From Welwitschia mirabilis (taxonomy: Eukaryota), in NCBI GenBank assembly GCA_051453625.1, contig JBOZIK010000001.1, forward strand, positions 27,582,359 through 27,634,905: a DNA stretch of 52,547 nt, in the 5' to 3' direction. Position 1 is the first letter of the stretch; each line of letters starts with the position of its first letter. A program made the translations under genes and the position numbers. The notes under the pieces are model-generated. The model did no database searches and was not told the origin of the DNA. It saw nothing but the letters and a program-made list of their open reading frames with translations. This document shows, piece by piece, positions 13,101-26,979 of this stretch.

Positions 13101-14871
13101 GACAAAAACATAATAAGATAAAATAAAAAGGAAATATCAAAGTAAACTAAAAATGTATTTTATTCAAATCCTAACTCTTATTTAATACTTTATTAAAAGA
13201 AAGAAAAAGAAACATTTATTGCCCTGAGGCTATGATCCTAAGGTAGTGCACTTTCTCAAAAAAATAAGAAGCAAACCAAATATTAACTAATTAATAGAAT
13301 ACAAAAGGTATATAATCACCTTTTGGTAAAATCAATTGTAGGTAAACACAATAAAAGGATAAAACTTTGATAGCACAATTTTTAAAATTTAAATAAAAGA
13401 TGAAAAAGTGATAATTTTCATTGAAGAATAATCTCTTATTGAAATAATATAAATCACCATTATATAGTGTATGAAAGAAAGTACTCAAAGAAATAATTCA
13501 AGAAAATTTTAAGGGATCTTTAGAATTTATAATAAGATTAAGAAGCTTTCTATCAGTTATCTAAAGATAGGGGTTTTCATTAAGGAAGTAAGGCTCCTAT
13601 TAATTATCAAGCCCAAATGACATTTTTTCTCCATAAGATTTAGTATTAATATAAGAGATAAAAATTTTTATAATTCATGGAAAAATAATCTCTTATCAAA
13701 ATCATGATTTAAATAATTTGAAACATAGATTCAATTTAAGAATTAATATTAAACATGAAAGACATTAATGATGCTATTAGGGATCCTAGGATTTCGAGGG
13801 AACTTCTTAGAATGATTGATTAAGATAGTTTTAACATACTTAAGAAGATTCTTGAGGTTTAATTCTAAGCATAGGTTTGGATCAGGAACATAAGATTTAC
13901 TCCAATTTAGAGTTCCAAGATATTTCAAGTCTTGTTTTTGAAAAGAGTAATCATTAAAAACAAAAGGTAAAGTTAACTTTNNNNNNNNNNNNNNNNNNNN
14001 NNNNNNNNNNNNNNNNNNNNNNNNNNNNNNNNNNNNNNNNNNNNNNNNNNNNNNNNNNNNNNNNNNNNNNNNNNNNNNNNNNNNNNNNNNNNNNNNNNNN
14101 NNNNNNNNNNNNNNNNNNNNNNNNNNNNNNNNNNNNNNNNNNNNNNNNNNNNNNNNNNNNNNNNNNNNNNNNNNNNNNNNNNNNNNNNNNNNNNNNNNNN
14201 NNNNNNNNNNNNNNNNNNNNNNNNNNNNNNNNNNNNNNNNNNNNNNNNNNNNNNNNNNNNNNNNNNNNNNNNNNNNNNNNNNNNNNNNNNNNNNNNNNNN
14301 NNNNNNNNNNNNNNNNNNNNNNNNNNNNNNNNNNNNNNNNNNNNNNNNNNNNNNNNNNNNNNNNNNNNNNNNNNNNNNNNNNNNNNNNNNNNNNNNNNNN
14401 NNNNNNNNNNNNNNNNNNNNNNNNNNNNNNNNNNNNNNNNNNNNNNNNNNNNNNNNNNNNNNNNNNNNNNNNNNNNNNNNNNNNNNNNNNNNNNNNNNNN
14501 NNNNNNNNNNNNNNNNNNNNNNNNNNNNNNNNNNNNNNNNNNNNNNNNNNNNNNNNNNNNNNNNNNNNNNNNNNNNNNNNNNNNNNNNNNNNNNNNNNNN
14601 NNNNNNNNNNNNNNNNNNNNNNNNNNNNNNNNNNNNNNNNNNNNNNNNNNNNNNNNNNNNNNNNNNNNNNNNNNNNNNNNNNNNNNNNNNNNNNNNNNNN
14701 NNNNNNNNNNNNNNNNNNNNNNNNNNNNNNNNNNNNNNNNNNNNNNNNNNNNNNNNNNNNNNNNNNNNNNNNNNNNNNNNNNNNNNNNNNNNNNNNNNNN
14801 NNNNNNNNNNNNNNNNNNNNNNNNNNNNNNNNNNNNNNNNNNNNNNNNNNNNNNNNNNNNNNNNNNNNNNN

Positions 14872-14946
<75 letters not shown>

Positions 14947-17900
14947 GTTATCTTTATTAATATCACAAGGTAATGTAGAATAGAAGTAGAAGAAGAGATG
15001 TCATTTAAGGTTTTGGATGAAACTACAAGTGAAAGAGTGAATAAACATGTGTAGACTCTTTAAGTTTCTTTATTTCATTGGAAGGTATAAATTTATTCTA
15101 CATTAAGTTTGGTTGATTTTCTATAAGTTCTTCTTTATTCCTATTTTCCTCATTGTTGACTTTACCATTACTTGGTTAAATTCTTTATTCATTATTGGCT
15201 TGGATAATATCTCCCTCTTCTTCATTATCTTTATTAGTATTATTAATTATATTTTCCTCTTCTTTATTAAACTTATTATTTTTTATTAAGAATTATTTTC
15301 ATTCTCTAAGTTGGAAGAGTCATTAAAAAATCATTAAAAAGATCATAAAATAAAAAGTATTGTCTTCATTATGTAATGGACGATTTTATGATATTTCTTA
15401 AATGAAATATTCTTCCTCTGTATTGAATAATTCTATTAATTATGAACTATAATACTCATTTTCTATTATTGATATGTCACCACTGTCTATCATCTAGGAC
15501 TATCACCTAGACAATAAAGGTAGAGGACTCCCTTAACTATGTGAATTCTTCATTTATCTGGCCTCATTACATAATTTCTTTCTTAATCTCATAAATTGGA
15601 CATCTTCTAAAGGTTAAAGTCCTTCATCCTCATCACAAAGTAAGTAAAAACTAGGGATATGATTTAATATCTCCATATTGTTATCATCATCTTTTTCTTC
15701 ACCTTCCTTATTATTTTGTTGCATGTCATTATTTTCCAATTTATTAGATTCATTAGAAGGAGAAATGTGACATTAACTTTATCATGTATTAAAGAATTTT
15801 CAAATTTTTCATGAATTAATTCTTTTATCACATTTATATTTAAAAGGAAGTGAATGGATTATCCTATGATAAATAATCATCTTCATCTGTGTTAGTGAAT
15901 AATGTAATTGAATCATCATTGTTATAATTTTATTATCCATCTTTTAATAAGTGAGATGATGTAGGTAGATCCATAATTTATTTTATATGTTAAAGCAAGA
16001 ATTATTTCTCCATGATTCTAAGTTATCTTCATGATTCTCAAGGTGGAATGTAGTAGGATAGGTTTGAGCTATAAATGAACCTTGAGATAGTTGAACTTGT
16101 AACAAATTTTCTTGAAGCACCTCAATCATATTTTCTATCCTCATGTTTAAATATTCTAAGTTTTTATTGGTAATTTGTTTATTATTTTCCATTTTATTAA
16201 GCATTTTCAAAGCATAGTTATGTCTTCTTCATAGTAATTTATGATAGATGGATATTTTTCTTCAATAGATATTTTATCATTATTCTTTGAATTAGGAGAG
16301 AAGTATGAATAAAACAAAGTCTTGGTTCTAGGCTCTACATCATTTCTACGAGACAAGTTAAACTATTTTTATTTTTCATATCTACTTTTAGAAATTAAAT
16401 CTTTAACTATAACATTTACATTTGAATTCGAGGGTTGTATCATGCTTGTATTAAGTAACACTACTCATTAATAATAAGGGATTAAAACATGTTTTCTTCT
16501 ATTCCATTATTTTTAAGTTTTCTTTGAAAAATCTAATTCTAAAATAAAAAAACAAAAAAAACTTCTTCAAAACTTGGAAATTATGTCCTAGGGTGTGCAT
16601 AGCTAAATTTTACTTATTTTTAAGAAATACTTTTCTGATATTTTTCTTGATCTAGCTTTATTTCCTCAGATATTTTATCTTTCACTAGATTTTATCACAT
16701 CTTTGCATGTTTAGAAAAGATTCCTATTTATTCATCATCTTGGTAGTTATCTAAACAATATCCATGGTGACTAGAAAATAGGGAAAAAAAAAGAAATTAA
16801 AAAATAGATTTTTCAAAAATCAAAACAAAAACACACTGTTATTCATCTGTCTATCCCATATGGATGACATAGGAGATGATATTAACTTTATTACATGGAA
16901 AAATGAAAAGCAAAATTATAGAAAAATAATAAAAAACCCTAACCCTAGGACATTGTCCTCTTGTATCATCTAGATAGTAGATAGGATGACAAGAATAAAT
17001 AACATGGGAAAAAAATGAAAATTTGTGAAAAGAAAAACTATAGTATTTATAGTAAAAACACAATGTTATTTCAAACAAATACCTAAATCGAAATCCAAAG
17101 CACTTATCTAGATAATGATAATCCTCAAACTTCTTCTAGCCTTTCTCAACAATGGCACTAAGATGTTGCAGTGCATATTTATGAAATCATTACATCCTTG
17201 GTCACATCCTATCAATTACAAATATTTACACAAATACAACACACTAATACATATGGGAATCAACCCAAATGTCATAATTTGTGGAATGCACTAGGTGACA
17301 AGAAAGAGAATTGATTTTAAGTGATGTATTTTTTATAGTTTTCTTTTATTGTCTAATAATAAAAAAATAATGCAAGAAAATAAATACATAATTTAAAGAA
17401 ATGAAAACTTCTTTTTAATGCAATACCTATTCGACTATCAAATCTCTATTACCAAGATCATCCTTATATAACCTAGATCAATTAAGGAATTGGCACTAAT
17501 CCTAAACAACCTAAGCTATTAAGTGTTTAGAATAGAATATAAAGAATATGGAATGATTAAGCTAGGAAATATAAAATAAAAAGTAATGCAAGATCCTAAA
17601 CTAATAATTTCAACTTTGACAGAGGTTTCCCTTGGTGAGTGACTTATATCAAGTATGAAACTATTACAAAATCATAATCAACATAAATCCTAAGGAATAT
17701 ACACATGAATAAAACTTAAAAGAATATTTTCATTATTTCGTGAACCAACATTCTGTTACAAGATAGTAATACCTCAATGAAGGATACCTAGCCCAACATT
17801 AATGAAGAGTTATCCCTACAACTAATGGATAGATCTCTTGCCTTTTGATCTCCTGTTATAAGATTTTCAAATGATAAATAAGATTAAGTCAGATTTAAGG

Positions 17901-18425
17901 GTAAGCGAGGTATTTATTACAATTGGAATACTTTAAAAATAGCAAATCTAACTAATGTAACAAAAATCCTAATAACACATAGAAGATGCATAACAGATTA
18001 CACAAGTTAGTTGAAGTTTGGTACATTGACTAAAATTAGGTGATCATATTGACTATCATCTGAATAATGGTGGAGATAATGCCATACTAAGATAATTTCA
18101 CATCAATTTCCATATTTGATCAGTGAATATCCTTATTAGCATTCACATGTGGTCATCCATCAGGGCTGCCAGAAAAATGAAGGGGATGATAGTCTTTTTG
18201 AAGATTTTTTTCCAAGTGAATTTTCTTTACATATCATTAATTTCTCCTTAAAATATGAAATATTAGAACTTATTCAATATACCTTAAAATGTGCTCGTAC
18301 TTGTGCATTTTTGTAATTTTTATCTTGATTCTTAATAATCATTATTTTCTACTTAAAACTATATAAATTTCCTACAAAAATACTCAAAATACTCCATCAA
18401 AAACATACAATTTGGTATTGCAACA
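10183..18425 (-). mobile_element. Athila-like element, degraded or non-autonomous: 5' LTR 17164-18425, partial 3' LTR 10183-10472
   Basis: 5' LTR is bounded by TGTTGCA...TGCAACA, with a decayed PBS at ~17143-17160. 10183-10472 is a direct homolog of ~18136-18425. The internal region holds a decayed gag-like coiled-coil frame (15983-16210) and long A-rich non-coding tracts. Confidence 0.72.
14872..14941. repeat. (GA)n microsatellite
   Basis: Direct reading; abuts an N gap. Confidence 0.97.
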
Positions 18426-18519
18426 TGTTAACATCACTTGAACTCTTGTGATATTTAGTGGAATATTTATCTTTAAATAATAATACCATTCATAAGGAGG
18501 TCATAAATAATGTTCAAGC

Positions 18520-20154
18520 TTTAGTAAATAACTAGTATAACATTTAGATTTAAATTAAGTAAAACACTTCATATCATTCTTCTACATAGATGTAAAAGAT
18601 AAATTATACAAGAGAAACAAACTTAGTCTAACTTGTAATAAAACTCATACAAACTAAAAATTATAAAGTTGAAAGAAAATAAGTAGTCTTTAATTAGTAA
18701 CATAAGGCAACAGAAATTCTTCAAGGATCTAATGATTTATCCAAATCTCCTACTTTTCTCCAAAAATTTCTATATCCTAAAACATGTGCTTAAATCATCA
18801 AATCATTAAGGCTCAATATGGATGCATAATCTCCTCCACTACATAAGTATTAGTGAGTTATCAAGTCCTCTCAATATTTCACAATCCTTTATAAGTGTAA
18901 AAAGTATAAACCTAAGTGCACAAGATATATTAAATAATAGGAACTATAAATCATAAAAGTAACTTTAAATAACTTACGTGCTTTCAAAAAACTTGATAAT
19001 TTAATAGGCTTTACCTAAGTACAATTTACTATGCATTAACAATAAAATAATAAAACCTACTTTAAGAACTAGTTCTACATAAATATTGCTAATACCCAAT
19101 AGAGTTATGCATTAATAATTAAAGGATTCAACCAATTCTTTATTAAAGCTAAAATAAATATATTACATCAGTGAATAAACAAAAGAAAAAGATCACCTTA
19201 ACTAGCCATGGATCATCCTGCCCCTTAGAAAGATGTTAAAGTGAAATAATGTTAAAACATCCAAGTTATTCATATGATAAACCAACTAAAGATAAATATA
19301 ATAAAAGGTTCAAGATCCTTTTATATAAAGATATGAAAATGAGAGATGGTTACAAGCTCTTAGACCATAGAATTGGAAAGAATCTTCTCATTTAGTATTA
19401 GGAAGATAAGATTTTATCTTATAATATTTAGTGGAGGTTTTTATATAAAATTAAGTAGATGAGATCATGTCCTATAGCATTAGGTAGAGTCTTTATCATT
19501 TAGCATTTGGTAGAGGTTGTCTTATATCATTAAGTAAATAATATTTTATCTTCTAGCATTAAGTAGAATATTTACCATTTAGAATTCAGTGGAGGTTGTC
19601 TTGTAGTATTTGATAGATATTATCTTATAGCATTAGGTGGAATCTTTATCATGATGAGTTTAACACATATTCTTTGTAATCAGGTTCCTCTACCAACTAA
19701 TATAACTACCATATGTCTTTAGTACTATCTTTACATACCTTTACCACATCTGTTCTAATGTTGCTACTACATGTCACCACATCATATCTTCATTGTTATT
19801 ATTGTTTTATGTGGAATTTTATCCATCTTCTATCATGTTTGAAAACATGGCTAATGATGTAAAATTATCATGAACAAAAAAATAAAATTTTATTTTATTT
19901 TAAAAATAATAAAGACATATTTTATGATTAAATTAATTAAATTTATATCTTCATTTACAATAAATTGCCTTGAAACACTTGATATAAATGTAAATTTTTA
20001 CATGTCAGTGCACCCTCTAACTAGTCTTTTAATAGAGGTAAAAGTCAATAATGAAATTATTAAACATGAAAAACCTATTTATGTCAAAAGCACTCGAGTG
20101 CAAATGATATAAATTAAAAAAATTTATAACCACTTTTATGTGATTAAGGCATCA
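18520..20154 (-). mobile_element. Gypsy (Athila-like) LTR of a further family, with internal tandem repeats
   Basis: Direct homolog of ~24085-25110. Ends in GCATCA (TGATGC start on the minus strand). Array of ~22-27 bp TAGCATTAGGTAGA-containing repeats at ~19390-19650. Confidence 0.6.
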
Positions 20155-22118
20155 AATCAAAAAATTTAGTGAAAATTGAGTAAAAATCAAGATGTCATAT
20201 CCCCTAACCAAAATTAAACTCTATCTTTAAAGTTTATAAAAAAAGGAAAATTTATAGAAGGATTTGGAGAACAAGTTAATTACATGGGTTGTAAATGATA
20301 ATTATCAATGTATTTAGGGAAAATAATGCAATGCAAGTTTGAAACTAGAATATAATTTTTATGAAACATAAAACATAAAACCTAATAAAAACTTTATTAT
20401 CTATAAATTCGAAAGATGGAATACCTAAGTTAATGGTTACATTTATTAATAATTGCTGAAATTTTATTTGTAAATTTTAAAAAAATTACAATATCAAAAT
20501 AAATAAAATATCCTCTAAGTAAACCAACAAGTTATTAAAAGTTAGCTAAGCAAAATTCTCAAGTACATAAGTTAAGAAAAGTAAACACAAAAAGCATCTT
20601 CTAATTCAACCTTTTTCGTTCTCATTTTACCTTTTTTACAATCATCCTTTGCTTTTTTGTTTTAAGCATTTTGATTAAATTTGCCATTTAGTGTTATGAC
20701 ATATCCATATAATACAGTTAAACATGTTGATTTATGAAGGAGTCAGTTCTACATTACTAGTAAGCATTTATAGCCCCATTGTAGTTAAGCATGTCATAAG
20801 TTAAAGCATTATAGTTGCAATACCTGTAAGCATCCATAGCCTAATGTAGTTAACTAAATCCAATTTTAATTATTCATAAGATAATATAGTTTTGAATAGA
20901 AGACATTTTTATTTTCTTTTTTAATCAACTTTTTCATATTCAATACATGTTTATGAACACATAAGGGTCATTGACTCACTAGCCTAAACAAGATAATTCT
21001 TGTCCACACAAAAATTATTAAAGATAATTAACTTACAATGAAAGTATATTCCATCTTAATTCAACCATATTTTCCAATTAGAAAACCTTAAGCGAAACTA
21101 AACATTAACAAGTTAACTTAAAAATAAGAAAAAAATCTTTTTGAAAAACTATAGGTAAACTTAAATTTTATCTAATTCATAATAACAATACAATCAATTA
21201 TTAAAGATTTATTCATTTAGAGGTCATCAACTAGGATCATATAATCTAATGAATTCATGGATAAATGGAAGGGAATGATGGTCGCTAGACTTAAGGAGGT
21301 GAAGCAATGAAAATGAAAGGGATATAAGATGAACTCAAAGGAAGTGATGGTTTATTTGATGATGGGAATGAAATTTTGGATTTCTTACTTGCAAATGTTT
21401 AAAATAGTAGTTATATAAGTGGAAGTGCTTAGACAATATGAGGTATGAAATTGTGCCAAGCATAAAATGTTTAACCATTTTTAACATTTTTAAACCAAAA
21501 TCTATTCTAAAATGAAATCCTATTTTAAAAGAAAAATCTAATGTAAATGCATGCAAAAAAACAAGAATGTTTGCAAGGCCTTTCCCAAGGTGTTGTAAAT
21601 TTGAAGGTTTAAAATAATGAATGCCATGTTTAAATGATAAATAGAAATTATAAAATGCATTTAAAGAGGAGACTGAATCCATATAAACATTTATACATGA
21701 ATCTATAAAAATAAAAATATCATTAACACTAGTAATAAAATTAATTTATTCGAAATAAAAAATTTTCTAACCCTTGGCCTATTCCTATTTACTTAATAAC
21801 TCACAAAAGACATCATTTTTGGATGAAGACAAAGGTGAGGTAAAAACTATTGAAGGTAAATGATCATCAAAAGAATTATCAAAAAATGGTGCTAGAGGCA
21901 CCATTAAGATTTAAGTTTTGCTTAGAAGGTATAGATCAGAATGTCATTATTGATTTAAAGGATTATTAAGAAATAGATTTTTCAAAGGGTAAATCTTCAA
22001 ATGACTCTTGATTAATGTTTTCTTCTTTATTAAGATTACTAAGGGATTCTTCATCATGAGATGCATAGGTTACATGTGATATCCTAAATTTCTACAGTTG
22101 AAAAATCTTCAACTCAAT

Positions 22119-22150
22119 GCTCTGATACCAAATGTAAAATCCCAAATTTT
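22119..22150 (-). mobile_element. tRNA-Met primer-binding site and adjacent LTR terminus
   Basis: GCTCTGATACCA is the reverse complement of TGGTATCAGAGC. It is followed by TGTAAAATCCC, an LTR end that runs into the gap. Confidence 0.75.
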
Positions 22151-22250
22151 NNNNNNNNNNNNNNNNNNNNNNNNNNNNNNNNNNNNNNNNNNNNNNNNNN
22201 NNNNNNNNNNNNNNNNNNNNNNNNNNNNNNNNNNNNNNNNNNNNNNNNNN

Positions 22251-25110
22251 CATAACAATTACCATAATTGGGGTTTCAAGTAATTCAATATTTTTCAAAT
22301 ATTTCATTAAACATAAACTTGCAATTTATAAGAAAATAAAAAATGTGAACGTGACATTACATTGATTGAGTTCAAGGATAGGTTCAATTCATCTTTATCC
22401 ATGTTACTTATTGATTTGTCCTCTATTATGTAGCATTTAAATTTTTCTTCTCCCTAAAATGTTTTCTCACTTACTATGGATTGATCATCTTTGTCTAAAG
22501 TTTCTAATCCTACTCCAAAGTATACTCTACATTCATGCACTCATTCACTGTCTAAGTAAGGTTTAAATTCAAGTTTTTCTTGGATTTCATTATTAGTTTC
22601 TTCACAGTTTCTTCCTAATTCCTAATGAATAAGATTTAGATGTTGTTAATTCTAGTTTTATTAATCCTTCAAGGTTTTCTAATCTTGTAAATTCATGAAA
22701 TGTAGGAATAGTTTTTTCTTCTAGAGTTTCAAAGATTCTAGTAACGACTTAGATTAACTCTTAGATATCTTGCTCAAACTGTTAAATATCTTGCTCAAGT
22801 ATTTGGTCTATTTTCTTAAACCTTTCATTTATTTGCATTTGGTCTTTCATGAATTTCATACATATGTCTTCCATGAAATTTAAAGAAGTTTATTAATGTT
22901 TAGAAAATGAAGGACATCAAAAGGGAGATGAAGGATAATAATTAAAGGATAATGAATATGAAGTTGAAGGAAGAGGATCATAAGGGATGAAGGAAGAAGT
23001 GGAATTAAACTCTCCTAATTCATGATATAGATTTTCAAATTCAAAGTTATAAGAAGTTTAATATATGTATGGATAAGTTTAAGGGTACTTCTCAAAGATT
23101 TATCTATTTTTAAAAGGATCTAGAAATTATGATTAGTATGAGTTACATTGAAGATAATTCTCTAGAGTTTACTTTGGTCTAATGAAATCTCTTATGACTA
23201 CTTTATTATTATGCTGAAAACTATAGAGATAGAATAGGTTAAATATTGGAAGCTATTTGCAATGTATTTGAGGCCTAACTCATGGTTTAAGTACAAGAAA
23301 ATAGTTTACAATTTTAGCTAAAGATTCATGTTTTCTAGGTTTTCCATAGTTTTGGAGGAGGCCTACAAGTTGAAATGGACTAAAAAGGTCATAGAAGGAT
23401 TTGATTAAAGTTTTAAAGGCTTTGTAGTAAATATGTCAGTGATATCAGTCCAAGAAGGTGGCGGTGCTAGTTTGATTGAGAAAAGATGATTGAAAAAAAA
23501 AAATGTTGGGTTTAGTGTAGAACCAAATGGTTTTAATTAGAGAATATAAAAAAATGTAACAAAAACTCATAAACATCTAAACTTAAATTTTTTCAACCTA
23601 GGAAAATAAACCTAAAATTTTTTCCTTAAAATTCTTAATAAAAATAAAAACTAGCAGAAATGAAAAATGTATAAAGAATTTATAGAAATCAAAAAACACA
23701 CAAAACACATAAGTTCATAGAGTTTGATTTTATTTTAATATTCAAGATCTAACGTTTAGTTGCGCATATAGAAAATTCATTATACCTATAATATAAAATA
23801 TCAAATATAAAATGAAGTTTTAGATTTTAAAAAGATAATCAAACTTAACAATTTAGTCTAGTTCAGGTATTATTGGAAATGGACCAGTACCTATCACTAG
23901 ATAGAAAGGGAAATAATACTTAAAAGAAAAATAAAAATAACTAGTTCAAGTATTACTAGAAAGATGACTACCACCCACTACTAGAAAAATAAAATCTAAC
24001 TAAAAATTGAGGGGGAAAAACAATTATGTACTCTTTAAAAAATTAATATGCCAATACATCCATAGTAATAACATTATAATCTATTAATTGTAGTATAATA
24101 TAAAAACTTAAATTAAGTGAAATACTTAGTACTATTATTTCATAGGGATGTAGGAGGTAAATTAATCAAAAGAAACAAAATTTATATAACTTGTAACAAA
24201 AATCAAACAAACTAAAAATTAGAAAGCTGAAAGAAAAGAAGTAATATTTAATTGACAACACAAGGGAACAGGAATGCTCTAAGGATTTACTAATTTATGT
24301 AACTCTTCTCCTTTTCTCCAAATATTCCTATATCCTAAAACATGTACTTAAATTATCAAGTCATTAATTCTCAACATGGAGGCATAATCTCATCCACCAC
24401 ATGAGTGTTGGTAAGTTATTAAGTCCTCTCGATACTTTATAGGCCTTTATAAGCATAAAAGGTATGAACCTAAGTGTAAAAGATCCATAAAAAATAGGCA
24501 TTATAAATCACAAATTTAATTTTAAATAACTCACACAATTCCAAAAAACTTAACAATTAAATAAGCTTCACCTAAAAATTGCTAATACCATTCTTCTATG
24601 CATTAATGATGAAAAAATGAAATCTGCTTTAAGAAATAGTTCTACTTAAATGATGCTAGTATCAAATAAAATTATGCATTAAAAACTAAAGGATTCAAAG
24701 AAATTCTTTGTTAAAATTAAAATAAATGCATTACATTAGTGAAGTAAGAAAAGAAGAATAACTCCTCAACTAGCCATGGATCATTCATCCCCTAAGAAAT
24801 ATGTTAGAGTGCTATGACATACAAGCCTCCAAGTCTTCCTCATAATAAGATAATTAAAGATATGTAGTGAGGAATGGTTATAAGAGCTTGACTTATAGCA
24901 TTAGGTATAACCTTCATCATTCAGCACTAGGTAGATAAGATTTTGTCTTGTAGCATTTAGTGGAGGTTTTGTTATAATGTTAGGTAGATGAGTTTTTTTT
25001 CCTATAGCATTAGGTAGGATATTCATCATTTATCATTTAGTGGAGGTTATCTTATAGAGTTAGGTAGATAAAAATCTATGTTCTACCATTAGATAAAATC
25101 TTCAACATTT
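22251..25110 (-). mobile_element. Athila-like fragment: decayed gag-like region plus truncated LTR (~24085-25110)
   Basis: The LTR part is homologous to 18520-19650, including the tandem repeats. Minus-strand coiled-coil-like frame MEDICMKFMKDQMQINERFKKIDQILEQ near 22700-22875. Confidence 0.55.
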
Positions 25111-26336
25111 AGAATTTATTAAAATAAATGCCTTAAATAACTTATATTTTTAAAGCATTTAGAGGGGGGAAAAGCCTTAAAAGATAGCTAAAATCAATCT
25201 GCGCTTTATAAAAAAATTTAGTTCTTTTATTTTTTGTGTTTCATCTTTTTTCTTCAAACCATGGTTACCCTAATGCCTAAGTTAGAAGATGGAGACCTTT
25301 ACAATGCTATAAGCATGCTATTTTTAGCTTCATTAAGAACTTAGTTATTAGTTCATAAACCTTTGAGTGGTATTTACTAACTACTTTTTGGGCTATCTTC
25401 CTTATCTATGTATGTTCTTTACTTTAGCTTGCTTTCTAATAAATTGATTTCATTATTATGATTTACTTTGATAATTTTTTAAAATTATTAAACTTTCACT
25501 TTCTTCTATTAGAAAAGAGGTCTGATCTTATGTCAAATAAAGTTTTTTGTACAAACATTATGTGAAACTTCACATAAGGCACTAAATAGTGTTGTTTTTT
25601 ATTTTTGTTTTTTAGTTTAAACCAAAAGATATCTTTTTTTTAAATAGAATAATAACTATTCCAAAACTTATTCAGAACATATTCCAAGACTTCCAACTAT
25701 TTTCTTCACCACTTTACTATTGTGCATGCCTAGTTTGTTTCCTTTTACTTACTTGTAAGTTTTAAGAACTTTTATTTACAACAATCTTTGATAAAAATCT
25801 GTAATTCTAAATGCATGATTATAGTATTTCATTTTTGAATGTCATAATAAGCTTGTTATGAAAATTGAGTCATTGAATATTACCTCATTAGAATGAAGTA
25901 AAAAGAAATATATTTCATAGATAAAACTCTAGTGACCTAAGTGGTGAGAGAAGGTTAAGATTACTCAAATAAATAAACATATGCTTTATAATCTAAGGGT
26001 TTTACTACCATGTACACATATGATAAAGTAAAAGCAATGGAGTGAAAATAAGAAAGAATGAAAACATAGTTCACAGAATGAACGTCTGCCTAGGTTTTGA
26101 TTTAGTGATTGGGATGCAATGTGGTGTTTTCTAGTTTCTGGAATGAAGATTGTCCATTCTTAGATAATGAATAATAATTCATATAATGGTTCAAGTAATG
26201 AGGAATATTTACAAATCTAATTATCATGGAATTTTAGTAGTCTAGTTTAGAAAACTAATTCGCTAATGCCATGTATTATAGAGTCATCTTCATTTATAGT
26301 GAAAGCCTTTCTAAGGCCATGCTTTATGCTTCATGG

Positions 26337-26639
26337 CATTGCTTCTAGGACATGAATGTATTATTTAGATAAATTACTAGTTAAAGTATTGCTATCTAAT
26401 TTATGAATCAGATGGTTTAACTTTGCTACTATTTGTTTTACAATTAGATTGCCATTTCTTACTAATCACAACAATGTAGGAACAACATCTGCACTTTCAA
26501 TACATGCCCAAATATCCTCACTATAACTATAGAGATTACTAAGAATAGTGAAAGCATCTTCTTTTATCTTGAAAACCCCTATTTCCAAAATTTTGAGGAG
26601 GAGAAATATGTCACTTGTAGTAAAAATGGCACATTTACT
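26337..26639 (-). pseudogene. CSI1: Fragment of CELLULOSE SYNTHASE INTERACTIVE (CSI1/POM2-like) armadillo-repeat gene
   Basis: Translates as SKCAIFTTSDIFLLLKILEIGVFKIKEDAFTILSNLYSYSEDIWACIESADVVPTLL*LVRNGNLIVKQIVAKLNHLIHKLD...TSNLSK*YIHVLEA. Matches recalled CSI1 [63 protein letters not shown]...LNHLIHKSD. Confidence 0.88.
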
Positions 26640-26979
26640 AAGGAATATGTAATTTTCTTGTAAATTGGTATTATGATTATAATATCTATCATTTGTATCT
26701 ATCTTTTAAATGAATCTAAGATTTTTAACAGTGCTCATAGCTAGAAGACTTTTAGTATAGTGGTGATCTAGTCCTCAATATAATAATCCAAGCTAGATTA
26801 GTGTATCACTAAATAGCAATAAGGCTTGGAAGCAATGGAAGAATTATCAAAAGGAAACTAAAGAGCATAAAAGCAAGCTCCTTAATCTTCAAATTCACCT
26901 ACCATGATACCCTTTTAATAATAGGAATTTTTCAAGACATACTCTTTCTTTAAATGTTCTTGGATCTAACTTTATAGTA

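Noticed and set aside
13749-14966. 405-aa ORF in the ORF track
   Set aside because: Consists of N gap plus (GA)n microsatellite (SLSLSL).
20193-21805. Possible additional LTR (TGTCAT...TCACA)
   Set aside because: No second copy, TSD or clear PPT could be verified by eye.
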